A stretch of 64,000 nt of DNA from an uncultured Desulfospira sp. (lineage in GTDB: Bacteria > Desulfobacterota > Desulfobacteria > Desulfobacterales > Desulfobacteraceae): assembly GCA_963663165.1 (NCBI GenBank), contig OY760175.1, positions 4,256,001 through 4,320,000 on the forward strand, written 5' to 3'. Numbering within the stretch: position 1 is the first letter of the stretch; each line of letters starts with the position of its first letter. The notes beneath the pieces are model-generated. The model saw only the letters and a program-made list of their open reading frames with translations, did no database searches and was not told the DNA's origin. The position numbers and the translations under genes are program-made. Positions 10,423 through 20,368 of the stretch are shown here, piece by piece.

Positions 10423-12090
10423 ATGATCAAGATTTCAGTTGAACCCATCGGCATAACCATTGAGGCAGAAGACGAACAACCCCTTATGGCATCCCTGGCC
10501 AAAGCCGGGATCAGAATCGAGGCACCCTGCGGGGGCAACCAGATTTGCGGGGCCTGCCGGCTGTGGGTTATGTCCGGCAAGGTCCCTGCCACACCCCACG
10601 AAAATATCGGCCCGGAAGATGAAAAAAAAGGGCTGCGGCTGGCGTGTATGGCAGTTCCCGAAGGGGATGTCACCATCCGTCTGGAGAATAACTTTGCCTA
10701 TGATAAACAGAACATGGACCAGGGCCGGATCCTTGGACAAACCCTTAAATCCGGGAATGGAATAAGCAATCCGGCAGTAAAAATAGACCAGGGACCCAAT
10801 GGATTTCAACTATGGTACGATAATCAGGCTGAGCCTGCGGCCCTGGAGAGCTGGCAGCCCGGTGACAGGCCCACGGGCCTTGCTATTGATATCGGCACCA
10901 CCACCATGGTCATTTCCCTGGTGTCGTTAAATACCGGGGCCGTCCTCTCCTCTGCTTCCCGTTTGAATCCCCAGGTCGCCCACGGCCATGATGTCCTCAC
11001 CCGGATCAATTACGCCAATACCCCTGAAAAGATAGACGAAATGGGGGATCTGGTGCAGCAAAAGCTCAATGCCATGCTCAAAGAGGCCTGTGCCGCCGCC
11101 GGCATCAGGCCCCGGGAGATTATCGATGTGGCCATCGGCGCCAATACCACCATGCTTCAGATGGCCGCCAAAATGGACTGCGCCGCCATTGGCAGGGCCC
11201 CGTTTGTTTTTGACATCAAAGGGGGGGAAAGCTTCAGCGCGGCCAAATGGGGACTTAATGTGAACAGGGCGGCCAGGGTCTATCTGCCGCCGGTAATGCA
11301 CGCCTTTGTGGGAACGGACATCACGGCGGGCCTGTTGTTGTGGCCGGATTTTTTTGATGAAGACAAGTCTGTTTTATATCTGGACATGGGCACCAACGGC
11401 GAACTTTGCCTGAATGTAAAGGGAAACCGGTTTACCACCTCCACGGCTGCCGGCCCCGCTTTTGAGGGCATGGGCCTGTCCACGGGCATGCGGGCCACGG
11501 ACGGGGCCGTGGAAAAGGTCGTGTGCCGGGAGGGGTGGTTTGCATTTGAAACCATTGGTGACGGACCCGCCAAAGGGATCTGCGGCAGCGGTATTATTGA
11601 TTTTCTGGCCGTGCTGCTGGACTCCGGGTATCTGGAGCCCAGCGGCCGGTTTTCAAAACCCGGGTCCGACGATATTTATATTTTGGAGGATGAAGACCAG
11701 GTTAAGTTCAAATACGGGCAGGACCTGTATCTGACCCAGAAAGATATCCGGCAGATCCAGCTGGCCAAAGGGGCCGTGAGAACCGGTATTGATCTAATTC
11801 TGGAGGCCGGGGGCATCACGGCCGGGGACCTGGATAAAATTTTTATCGCGGGGGGATTCGGCAATTATCTTCGCCCGGCCCACATGGAAAGAATCGGCCT
11901 GATTCCCCCTGACACCGCCACAAAAATTTTCTTTTGCGGAAACGCCTCCATAGACGGCAGCACCGCCCTTCTGGCCGATAAAGAAACCCGCACCTTTATC
12001 GAAAAAGGCTTAAAAACGATGACCTACGTGGAACTGGCCAGCCAGCCCAAGTTTATGAAGCATTTTGTCAACAGCCTTCAATTTCCATAG
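10423..12090 (+). CDS. ASKHA-type ATP-dependent reductive activator of corrinoid proteins (RACo/DUF4445) with N-terminal 2Fe-2S domain
   Basis: CGGNQICGAC...RLAC ferredoxin motif; DIGTTT, DMGTNGE, AAGPAFEG, GICGSG, IAGGFG; start placed at MIKISVEP. Confidence 0.92.
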   Translation: MIKISVEPIGITIEAEDEQPLMASLAKAGIRIEAPCGGNQICGACRLWVMSGKVPATPHENIGPEDEKKGLRLACMAVPEGDVTIRLENNFAYDKQNMDQGRILGQTLKSGNGISNPAVKIDQGPNGFQLWYDNQAEPAALESWQPGDRPTGLAIDIGTTTMVISLVSLNTGAVLSSASRLNPQVAHGHDVLTRINYANTPEKIDEMGDLVQQKLNAMLKEACAAAGIRPREIIDVAIGANTTMLQMAAKMDCAAIGRAPFVFDIKGGESFSAAKWGLNVNRAARVYLPPVMHAFVGTDITAGLLLWPDFFDEDKSVLYLDMGTNGELCLNVKGNRFTTSTAAGPAFEGMGLSTGMRATDGAVEKVVCREGWFAFETIGDGPAKGICGSGIIDFLAVLLDSGYLEPSGRFSKPGSDDIYILEDEDQVKFKYGQDLYLTQKDIRQIQLAKGAVRTGIDLILEAGGITAGDLDKIFIAGGFGNYLRPAHMERIGLIPPDTATKIFFCGNASIDGSTALLADKETRTFIEKGLKTMTYVELASQPKFMKHFVNSLQFP

Positions 12091-12096
12091 GGATAT

Positions 12097-12163
12097 AGTC
12101 TGAAGGCGGTTAGGCTGAAGGGTTGCACGATCCTAAGTCCCTTCAGCCTTCAGTCTAAACCCC
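12097..12163. repeat. CTGAAG-family palindromic repeat between convergent genes
   Basis: TAGTCTGAAGGCGGTTAGGCTGAAGGG...CCCTTCAGCCTTCAGTCTAAA. Confidence 0.8.
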
Positions 12164-12166
12164 TTT

Positions 12167-13138
12167 TTACTTAACTGCCGCAATCATGGCCTTGATATTA
12201 TCCATGGGCGCGTTGGGCGGGACGTCACATCCGGTGCTGAGGATAAAATTTTCTTTTCCCTGCATGGCATCCAGCAGCTCCCGGCACCGGTGCTTAACCG
12301 AGTCGGCATCCCCAAAGGTCACCACGGAAACCGGATCAACATTGCCGATCAGCACCGTATCATGTTGCAATGACTGATGCGCATTGGGAAAATTCACCTG
12401 TTTGTCCAGACTAAGGGCGTCCGGGCCTGTTTTTTCCATTTCCGCGATCAAGTGGCTGGTATCCCCGCAGATGTGCAGGATGCTGATCTGTTTAATCCCT
12501 TCTCTAATAATGTGTTGACAATACCGGCCGGAGAATTCCTCAAACTGAACGGGTGATATCATCATGGCGGAAGGTTCAAGGATGCAGATCAGGTCTGCCC
12601 CGGCATTTTCCAGCAACCTGATATAGTCCATAATCACCCGGCTCGCATATGAAAGAAGCTGGTGAAGCATGTCCGGGTTTTTCCGTGTCGCTTTCATGAC
12701 ACGGTTGATGCCCATGATTTCACAGGCTAAGGTAAAGGGGCCGATTACATATGACCCCACAGGGATATCCAGTTCTTTTTTCACCCCGGCCGCAACTTCG
12801 GCAAAAAGAGGCATTCTGCCGCCGGTGACTTTGTTCTCAAAGATTTCTTCGACATGGTCTGCATCCTCCAGCAGCCCTTTGGCCACGGCCGGCGGATCAT
12901 TATCGGAAATTTTTAATTCACACCCCAGGAATTGGGCCTCCACGGTCAGGTCCATCATGGTGAACAGGGCATCGGGCCTTGTCTCTGCCCCAAGGGCCAG
13001 TAACGCGTTAATTTGTGCCTGAGGATCAAAAAGCGCTTCTTTAATCGAGACCCCTGTCAGCTGGATTCCGGGAAATCCCATAAGGGGGATAACAGGGGTA
13101 CGGTCAAAATTATTCATAAATATTTTAAGGGGATTCAC
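12167..13138 (-). CDS. MtaA/CmuA-family (URO-D fold) corrinoid-dependent methyltransferase
   Basis: DLTVEAQFLG, GPFTLA, Zn motif LHICG, GNVDP, ILSTGCD. Confidence 0.88.
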   Translation of the reverse strand: MNPLKIFMNNFDRTPVIPLMGFPGIQLTGVSIKEALFDPQAQINALLALGAETRPDALFTMMDLTVEAQFLGCELKISDNDPPAVAKGLLEDADHVEEIFENKVTGGRMPLFAEVAAGVKKELDIPVGSYVIGPFTLACEIMGINRVMKATRKNPDMLHQLLSYASRVIMDYIRLLENAGADLICILEPSAMMISPVQFEEFSGRYCQHIIREGIKQISILHICGDTSHLIAEMEKTGPDALSLDKQVNFPNAHQSLQHDTVLIGNVDPVSVVTFGDADSVKHRCRELLDAMQGKENFILSTGCDVPPNAPMDNIKAMIAAVK

Positions 13139-13155
13139 TTAAAGCTCTCCTTTTT

Positions 13156-13809
13156 CTACGCAGACTTCAGTGAAAGGATGCGCTCGGCTTCCGTTACGGC
13201 AGACACCGCATCGGCAGCATAGCCGTCCGCACCGAATTTTTCGGCGATTTCTTTGGTAACCGGCGCCCCCCCGACCATGACCAGAACGTTGGGGTCGCAG
13301 GATTTGAGCATGGGGATTAGCTTTTCTATGGCCATCATGGTAGTGGTCATTAATGTGGAAACAGCGATAATATCCGCCCCGATGCGCTGGTGTTCCTCCA
13401 CAAAACGGGCCATGGGAACGTCTTCACCCAAATCATGCACCTTGAAACCGTTGGCGTTCAGCATCAGTTTGACCAGGTTCTTCCCAATGGCGTGGATATC
13501 CCCTTCTACCGTGCCCAGAATAACGTTTCCCTTGGACTGGGTTTCCATGGTTTTGGTGATGTGCGGGCGCAACACCTTTAATCCCTCTTCCATGGCATCG
13601 GCGCACAGCAGGACCTCGGGAACAAAATATTCCTGGCGCTTGAATAATTCCCCGGCCTTGGCCATGCCCTGGGCCAGCCCGTTTAAAATGGCTTCTGTCA
13701 CATCAATATTGTTTTCTATGACTTCATTGGCTGCCATGCGCGCATCGTCTTCTTCGAATTTGAGTACGGCCTCGCTGAGTTTTGCAAAAATTTCCTGTTT
13801 GGATGCCAT
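13156..13809 (-). CDS. Corrinoid (B12-binding) methyltransferase cognate protein
   Basis: Cap domain YFVPEVL, GDIHAIGKNLV (DxHxxG), SxL, VGGAP. Confidence 0.93.
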   Translation of the reverse strand: MASKQEIFAKLSEAVLKFEEDDARMAANEVIENNIDVTEAILNGLAQGMAKAGELFKRQEYFVPEVLLCADAMEEGLKVLRPHITKTMETQSKGNVILGTVEGDIHAIGKNLVKLMLNANGFKVHDLGEDVPMARFVEEHQRIGADIIAVSTLMTTTMMAIEKLIPMLKSCDPNVLVMVGGAPVTKEIAEKFGADGYAADAVSAVTEAERILSLKSA

Positions 13810-13835
13810 TGTTTAACTCCTCTAATCGTTACCGG

Positions 13836-14894
13836 TTAATACCATCCGAAATCATCCACAGCGCGTTTCATGGCCATGATATTGTCGGGGGGTGACTTGG
13901 GGGGCAATGCGCAGCCCGGAGCAAAGATAAATCCGTTGGCCAGGTTTTTGCCTTGTTCGATTATCCGTTTAGACGCCTGGTAAACCTCTTCTTCAGATCC
14001 GGATTGAATCAGGCTTGGGTCCAGATTGCCGATAATAATATCATTGGGAAAATATTCAGCGGCGCGGTCCAGATCAACTTCGTGGCCAAAGCTGACAAAG
14101 CCGGGATTCCCCATGGGGATGTTCTGCCAGTGGGGCAGATTCATGTTCTGCTCGCCGCAAATGTGTTTGAGCATGGTGGTAAAGCCCATCTCTATCAGCC
14201 GGTTGTGCAATCTTTGGGTATGGGGCAATGCAAAGGCTTCAAACATTTTAGGGGAAATCAGTTGATTGGATGCGGCCGGTTCACCGCCAAAGATCACTAT
14301 TTTCTCGGTCCCGAACAAGTCTTTGATATGCTGGGCCAGGCGTTCTAAAAACGTAACGGTTTTTTCCAGCAGCTGGTGGGCGGCCTCGGGCTGCCGGATC
14401 AGCCACCGTGAAAAAAGCGAAGCCCCGGCAATGTTGGATGCAAAGGTAAAAACCCCTTCAAGCTGGCACATCAGCCGCCAGGGTTTAATGTCATCGGTTT
14501 CGGACAGCACCTTCTGGTAAAATTCCATCTGCCGCGGCACCATCCCCGTCAAGGGAGATTCGGGAACTTCAAGCTCAAAGGCCTCTTCAGGGCATGTGAC
14601 CGGATGTTTCAGAACCGAGGGGGCCTGGGAAAATTCACCGTCCGGCCATTTGATTTCTCCGCCCATTTCCCACGCCCCCATGGAGGCGTATGCAAGGTAT
14701 GGCGTATAAAGCCAGCCGTATTGTGACGCGGTCTTGCGGTAATTTTCCAACGTGGTTGAAAAATCATTGTAGAGCGTCACGATGGGGTAGTTGTTGCTGA
14801 CCATGGCAAAGCCATTGCCGCCAAGTGCAAAAATGGGGACTTTATCAGGTTTGTGACCTGCCATTAATGCATTGATTCGTTCTGCATCGTTCAT
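13836..14894 (-). CDS. Second URO-D/MtaA-family methyltransferase
   Basis: KHICG, GNLDP, FAPGC; start MNDAER follows a GGAGG RBS. Confidence 0.85.
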   Translation of the reverse strand: MNDAERINALMAGHKPDKVPIFALGGNGFAMVSNNYPIVTLYNDFSTTLENYRKTASQYGWLYTPYLAYASMGAWEMGGEIKWPDGEFSQAPSVLKHPVTCPEEAFELEVPESPLTGMVPRQMEFYQKVLSETDDIKPWRLMCQLEGVFTFASNIAGASLFSRWLIRQPEAAHQLLEKTVTFLERLAQHIKDLFGTEKIVIFGGEPAASNQLISPKMFEAFALPHTQRLHNRLIEMGFTTMLKHICGEQNMNLPHWQNIPMGNPGFVSFGHEVDLDRAAEYFPNDIIIGNLDPSLIQSGSEEEVYQASKRIIEQGKNLANGFIFAPGCALPPKSPPDNIMAMKRAVDDFGWY

Positions 14895-14911
14895 GTATCC
14901 TCCTTGCATGA

Positions 14912-16150
14912 CTAAGTTGCGTTTAAGGTAGGCCAATCTATCATTGCGCTGAACGGGTCCCAGGACCGCGCCAAAGTGATTGCTTTTTTAATGCTTCCAA
15001 TATGTGTTAACCCGTTGATGAGGTTGGCACCGATTAACCGTTCGTCCTCAAATACCAGCAGGTTAAAACCGCTGTCGCTTTCAGGTTCTCCGGTTATGGA
15101 GACCTGGATGTTTTCCCCCTGGCGGTGGACATCCCCGATCTGGGCATAGGTCCAGTCAAAAAACGGGCTGACATGCTGGGGGACAAGCCCCGGATGAGAG
15201 GCCGTTTTTCCGGCCATATTGATGCCGGCGGTCCGGCCCTGGTAACAGGCATTTCCCCAGGTGCCAAGCCAGGCCTGTTGGCCGGTTTGCCGGTTGAGGC
15301 CCTGGCACACGTCTCCGGCCGCATAAAGCGTATCCATATTGGTCCGCATCTGATCGTTCACCAGAACGGCCTGGTCCACGGCCACCCGGCTTTTGTCCAG
15401 GAACTGGATATTGGGCCGGATCCCTGTGCAAACAGCCACAAAGTCGGCCTGCTCCATGACCTCATCGGGAAAAAAGCAGCAGACCCCTTCGTCGTCCTGT
15501 TCCATGCTTTCCATACTGCATCCGATACGGATTTCAATGCCCCGGCGTTGAAAATACGCTGCCAGCCGGGCCGCCGTTTCCGGATGGGCACCCCGGGGCA
15601 GCAGCTGGGATGCCACGTCCAGCAAAATAACCCTGGCACCTCGCCGGTGAAGGATTTCGGCAAGCTTGACCCCGACAAAAGAGGCCCCGAGGACAACGAC
15701 TTTCTTTGCGGTCTGCATGGCCTTTTCAATGGCCAGGGTGCTGTCGGCCGACCGCAGGACAAAGGCGCTGGAAGCGTCTTGCAGGCCGGGAACCGGTGGA
15801 ATGACGGGACTGGCACCGGTGGCGATGAGGCATTTGTCATAAGCCAGGGTGTTCCCATTTTTCATTTGCACCGACTGGTTCAAGGCATCCAGGTGTTCCA
15901 CCCCTGATCCAAAATGGCAGGTGACATCATAGCGCCGGTAAAAATCCGGGCCAAAGGGGAAACACTGCTTCCAGGACAACTTGCCTTTCAGGTAATAAGG
16001 CGCCAGCATGGGGTTAAAGGCCGGACCGTCCGTGTCCGACACCAGGTGAATCTCCCCCCCAAACCCGGCGGACCTGGCCCCCATGACGGCATGGGCGGCA
16101 GCGCCGCCGTTGCCCAGGATGGCGATTTGCTGGCTGGTGGTCCGTTTCAT
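14912..16150 (-). CDS. FAD-dependent NAD(P)H oxidoreductase (pyridine nucleotide-disulfide family)
   Basis: GNGGAA, YDKCLIATGA, GASFVG, YAAGDV. Confidence 0.88.
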   Translation of the reverse strand: MKRTTSQQIAILGNGGAAAHAVMGARSAGFGGEIHLVSDTDGPAFNPMLAPYYLKGKLSWKQCFPFGPDFYRRYDVTCHFGSGVEHLDALNQSVQMKNGNTLAYDKCLIATGASPVIPPVPGLQDASSAFVLRSADSTLAIEKAMQTAKKVVVLGASFVGVKLAEILHRRGARVILLDVASQLLPRGAHPETAARLAAYFQRRGIEIRIGCSMESMEQDDEGVCCFFPDEVMEQADFVAVCTGIRPNIQFLDKSRVAVDQAVLVNDQMRTNMDTLYAAGDVCQGLNRQTGQQAWLGTWGNACYQGRTAGINMAGKTASHPGLVPQHVSPFFDWTYAQIGDVHRQGENIQVSITGEPESDSGFNLLVFEDERLIGANLINGLTHIGSIKKAITLARSWDPFSAMIDWPTLNAT

Positions 16151-16680
16151 TTTAACCCGCCGTCCTGGCTTTTCAAAAAGCTTTTGAGTATGTTCACTGA
16201 CGCCTCGCTGGTTCTTTGGGCCGCAATGTCGTCGGTATAGCCGAACTGCAAGGCCCCGGTGGTGCAGGTTCGCACACAGGCCGGGTCCAGTCCGTTTTCA
16301 ATGCGTGTAATGCAAAGATCACATTTAATCATTCTGCCGTCTCCGGCAAATTTAGGCGCGCCAAAGGGACAGGCCAGTTCACAGCTGTGGCAGCCGATAC
16401 AAAGGTCCCGGTCAATGTCCACCACCCCGGTCTCAGAATGCCTGAAAATAGCCCCCGTAGGACAGACCATCAGGCAGGGCGCATCCCCGCAGTGCATGCA
16501 GGAAAGCGAAATATGGGCCACCGTGGCCGGATAGTCCCCCTGTTCCAGGCCGGTCACCTGGCGCAGGGCCGTATCCGGCGCTTTAAAATCGTTCTGGTCC
16601 CGGCAGGCCACCACACAGGCCATACAGCCCGAACAATGTTGCGCATTAAACGTGAAGGCCAGTGTTTTATTTGTAACCAT
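16147..16680 (-). CDS. 4x[4Fe-4S] electron-transfer subunit (DmsB/NrfC-like)
   Basis: CSGCMACVVAC, CMHCGDAPCLMVCP, CIGCHSCELACP, KCDLC...PACVRTC. Confidence 0.92.
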   Translation of the reverse strand: MVTNKTLAFTFNAQHCSGCMACVVACRDQNDFKAPDTALRQVTGLEQGDYPATVAHISLSCMHCGDAPCLMVCPTGAIFRHSETGVVDIDRDLCIGCHSCELACPFGAPKFAGDGRMIKCDLCITRIENGLDPACVRTCTTGALQFGYTDDIAAQRTSEASVNILKSFLKSQDGGLK

Positions 16681-16695
16681 ATGTATCCTTTCCCT

Positions 16696-18831
16696 TTAAG
16701 CCTTTTTGATTTCACAGAGCAGCGATTTAAATCCGGGGAATCCTGAAATCGGGTCCAGGTAATCCGGGTCAATCATCTGGTTGACCTCAATTTCCGGCCA
16801 GCCGTGAAACATGTTCACCAGCCCGGGGCCAAGGGTTGCCGTGATTTGGGCCTTAACGGCAACCTGTCCGCGATGGGTCGATAAAATAACATCATCATTA
16901 TTGCCAATCCCCCTTTGCGCGGCATCTTCCGGGTTCATCAGCACGGTGGGATGCGGGAGAAGGGAGCGGTCCCACGCATTTCTGAAGGTCCGGGAATGCA
17001 CGTACATGGGGACCCGGATCCCGGTCCCCAGGACCAGGGGAAATTTTTGGGCCGCTTCAGGGGCGGACACCGGGCTTAAGGCCGGTTCCTGATAAACCGG
17101 CAGGGGATCTAAGCCCGCTTCTTTCAAATCAGTGGATGTAAATTCCATTTTGCCGCTGGGCGTGGGAAATCCGTTGGTTTCATATTTTCGAAAGGGGGGA
17201 TTTTCCAGGTTTTCCACGGTCAAGCCGGCCGGATGCTGTTTGAGCTGTTCCAAGGTGAGGCCTGAAGGTTCAAGAATCCAGTCCAGACAGGCTTCATAGC
17301 CCTGGCTCATGAGGGGATCATCCGGTGCAATCCGCCGGGCCAGATCAAAAATAATGTCGCTGTCCGGTTTGGACTGGCCAAGGGGCTCAATGGCCGGTTG
17401 GGTATAAATCACATGGTTTCCCGGGTAAATCCGCAACTCACTGCGCTCAAAGGAAGTGCAGGCGGGCAGCAGGATATCGGCCTGTCTGGCCGTATCGGTC
17501 ATGAAAAGATCAACGTTGACGAACAGATCCAGCTGGTCAAGGCCGGCCAGCAGGGCATCGTTTCCCGGCCACATGCGCTGATTGTACCCAAATGCCACCA
17601 GGGCACGAATGGGATACGGTTTGCCGCTGGCCAACTGTTCCGGCAACGCCATGGCCTGGGCCTCATTGACCATCCGGCACCAGAGGGGAAATTGTTCCTG
17701 TCCTACCCGGGGGGGCAGTTCATCCAATGGTTTTGGAAAGATAAATTCGCGCTGCCGGGTTGGAATGGCTGTGGATACATGAAGCCAGGATTCGGGCATG
17801 ACATAATTGCCGCCGGGAACATCATAGTTGCCGGTCAGGCCGGAAAGGCAGATAATGGCCCGATGGTTCTGTACGCCGTTGGTATGGTGAACCGTCGGGC
17901 TTGCACTGGTCATGATGGATCCTGCCCGGGCCCCGGCAAACAGGCGGGCGGCTGCCACAATCTTTTCTGCCGGCACCCCGGTGATCGCCTGGGTTCGTTC
18001 CGGTGTGAACTCCTGTACCAGGGCTTTGTATTCATCAAATCCCAGGGTCCACCTGGAAATAAAATCTTTATCAAACCGGTTTTCCCGGATAATGACATGG
18101 GCCATGCCCAGGGCCAGTGCGCCGTCGGTTCCCGGGCGCAGTCCAAGCCGGATGTCCGCATACCGGGTCTGGTGGGTGACAACCGGGCTGACCTCAATAA
18201 TTTTCAACCCCCTTTTCCGGGCAGCGATGAGTTTTTTGGCCCCGGGCGTTGAGGAATTAAACGCATTTTTACTCCACAGCATCAGACAGTCGGAATGTTT
18301 AACATCCGGGCCGCCCCAGCGGCCATAGGTCAGCTTGGCCGCAATGACCGTGGCATAAAAGCAGGTGCTGGATTCGGTGGCAAAATTGGGCGTCCCGAAA
18401 CTGATGCCCAACCGCTGGGCAAAGGGGCGCAGCCATTTGGTATACCCGACCCCGAACACCACGGACTCAGGGCCGGATTCCGCCTTAATGGAAAGCAGTT
18501 TGCCGGCTATTTCCGAATATGCCTCTTCCCAGCTGATGGCTTTAAACCGGCCGCTGCCCCGGGGACCGGTCCGTTTCATTGGCGCCATCAGGCGGTCTTT
18601 GTTGTAGATATACTGCCGGCTGGCCGCCCCTTTTGAACACAAGGTGCCCCGGTTCTGGGGAAAAGAGCCCATGCCTTCAACCTTAATGACCTTTCCGTCT
18701 TTGACATAGGCATTGATGCCGCAGCTGGACGAGCCGCTTTCGCAAATGGCACAGATGGTTTTTTTTATTTCGATACCGGTTTCCTTGCAGGGTATCTTAT
18801 TTATTTCCAGGCGTTGAAGATCTGTCAGCAT
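16696..18831 (-). CDS. Cytoplasmic molybdo/tungsto-bisPGD oxidoreductase catalytic subunit (DMSO reductase superfamily)
   Basis: N-terminal CAIC-x6-C...LCSKG Fe-S motif, RPGTDGALALG, ADILLPA, C-terminal dinucleotide-binding domain; no Tat RR signal. Confidence 0.92.
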   Translation of the reverse strand: MLTDLQRLEINKIPCKETGIEIKKTICAICESGSSSCGINAYVKDGKVIKVEGMGSFPQNRGTLCSKGAASRQYIYNKDRLMAPMKRTGPRGSGRFKAISWEEAYSEIAGKLLSIKAESGPESVVFGVGYTKWLRPFAQRLGISFGTPNFATESSTCFYATVIAAKLTYGRWGGPDVKHSDCLMLWSKNAFNSSTPGAKKLIAARKRGLKIIEVSPVVTHQTRYADIRLGLRPGTDGALALGMAHVIIRENRFDKDFISRWTLGFDEYKALVQEFTPERTQAITGVPAEKIVAAARLFAGARAGSIMTSASPTVHHTNGVQNHRAIICLSGLTGNYDVPGGNYVMPESWLHVSTAIPTRQREFIFPKPLDELPPRVGQEQFPLWCRMVNEAQAMALPEQLASGKPYPIRALVAFGYNQRMWPGNDALLAGLDQLDLFVNVDLFMTDTARQADILLPACTSFERSELRIYPGNHVIYTQPAIEPLGQSKPDSDIIFDLARRIAPDDPLMSQGYEACLDWILEPSGLTLEQLKQHPAGLTVENLENPPFRKYETNGFPTPSGKMEFTSTDLKEAGLDPLPVYQEPALSPVSAPEAAQKFPLVLGTGIRVPMYVHSRTFRNAWDRSLLPHPTVLMNPEDAAQRGIGNNDDVILSTHRGQVAVKAQITATLGPGLVNMFHGWPEIEVNQMIDPDYLDPISGFPGFKSLLCEIKKA

Positions 18832-18880
18832 TAAATTTGGATTCCTTAACTCATTGAAGGTTTCAATTATAACGGTTTGT

Positions 18881-19630
18881 TTACCACATGGTTAAAAACG
18901 GTTTGCCGTCTGAAATGGCATACAGCCGTTCATTGGAGCCGCGGATATGGGCTTCGGTATATTTAATCAGCCGGTCTAAATCGTTTTTCTTTAAAAGATG
19001 AATAAACTCCAGATGCTCCTGTGCAATGATGGCTGACATGGTGATGTCTGCGGTTGTTTCAACAATCATGTTAAGAAGGTCCAAAACAGACGCATAAGCC
19101 ATTTTGAGTATGGGGTTGCCCCCGATGTCGGCCAAATGCTGGTGAAAAATAAAGTTCTGTTTGTGGGCCACCGTTCCCTGCTCAATGAGATCCATGGATT
19201 TTTGGGCACATTGTTCAAGAATTTCGATATCTGCCGGTTTTACCCGCTGATGGACAAGTTCAATGATGTCTTTTTCAAGAAACAGCCGGGCTTCGGTCAT
19301 ATCTTCAAGTTTAATCCGGCCAAGCCCCATCAGATTATTCAACGCCTGGGTCAGCGGCCGGTGGGACGGCTCCCGGATAACGGCCCCGCCGTTGGCACCT
19401 TTTGAAATATCCACAATATCAAGCGTGTTCAGGATCTGGTATGCCTGACGAACGGTATTGCGGCTCACCTTAACCTGCTGGGCAAGTTCCCGCTCCGTGG
19501 GCAGCCGGTCACCAATTTTTAACTCACCGTTAAAAATTTTTTTCCGAAGCTGGTCAACGATGAACTCAAAGGTGTTTTTAATTTTAATCGGTTCGTATTC
19601 AATCTTTGTACTGGACAAGGTTCTTTCCAA
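18881..19630 (-). CDS. GntR/FadR-family transcriptional regulator
   Basis: GDRLPTERELAQQVKVSRNTVRQA wHTH plus FCD domain (FHQHLA..GNP). Confidence 0.9.
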   Translation of the reverse strand: MERTLSSTKIEYEPIKIKNTFEFIVDQLRKKIFNGELKIGDRLPTERELAQQVKVSRNTVRQAYQILNTLDIVDISKGANGGAVIREPSHRPLTQALNNLMGLGRIKLEDMTEARLFLEKDIIELVHQRVKPADIEILEQCAQKSMDLIEQGTVAHKQNFIFHQHLADIGGNPILKMAYASVLDLLNMIVETTADITMSAIIAQEHLEFIHLLKKNDLDRLIKYTEAHIRGSNERLYAISDGKPFLTMW

Positions 19631-19881
19631 AATTATCTGTGTTAAGCCCTGTTTTATTCCGCCGAGCGCCGCAATAGATCATCATCAGAAAAGGAAAAGG
19701 GCGGCTATCTGGGTTAGGGTGAATGGGTCACCCAATTGTCGTTTACACATAGAAGCCGGTTTGTGTCAAGCGCAAATTTTATTAAAGATTCAATAAATTA
19801 TTTCAAATGCCGGTTTGAATACAATGCTTGCTTATATGATGTGTATAACAGGTGCCTATAACGTATGCCGGTGTTAGAGCG

Positions 19882-20178
19882 ATGCAAACACAATCAAAAA
19901 CATTGGTCAGAAAACAATTTTTCATTTCCCCAGCCCAGGTAAAAAAACTTGAAACGCTGAGTTCCTCCTTGAAAGGGCGTTCCGCTGCTCAAATTGTTCG
20001 GGATGCTATAGACGCTTATGACCCTGATGGTGAACTGGCTCAAAACCAGGAACAAGAATTATTGGCCATTGCTCATGCAAAGGTAAAAGACGCCATTGCC
20101 AGAACAGAGGCTACCATTAAAAAAGCAGATCATTGCCTTGAGAATCTTTCTGCGGTTAAAGGGGAGATCAAACAATGA
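19882..20178 (+). CDS. Ribbon-helix-helix/CopG-like DNA-binding protein
   Basis: RKQFFIS..QVKKL...SAAQIVRDAIDAY followed by a coiled coil. Confidence 0.65.
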   Translation: MQTQSKTLVRKQFFISPAQVKKLETLSSSLKGRSAAQIVRDAIDAYDPDGELAQNQEQELLAIAHAKVKDAIARTEATIKKADHCLENLSAVKGEIKQ

Positions 20179-20368
20179 CGGGTTGGAAAGAGTCGGTGTT
20201 GGACATTATCCGGCAAATACCGTTCAAAGGCTTAATGACAGAACCGAGAAATTGGCTGATCAAACCAACGGCATTGATAAACGGGTGGTTCGGCTTGAAA
20301 CTCTTGTGGCGGTTGCCGAAACAGGCCAACCGGTGCAAAAGTCATTCAAACAACGTGAATCAGAATAA
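20175..20368 (+). pseudogene. Small coiled-coil protein, apparently frameshifted (partner of the RHH gene)
   Basis: ATGA-coupled start MTGWKESVLDIIRQI; heptad continuation TVQRLNDRTEKLADQTNGIDKRVVRLETLV lies in a different frame from about 20217. Confidence 0.5.

Noticed and set aside
12088..13158. Pyrrolysine read-through at TAG stops of the methyltransferase cluster
   Set aside because: The TAGs fall at natural domain ends, and no MttB/MtbB/MtmB gene is present.
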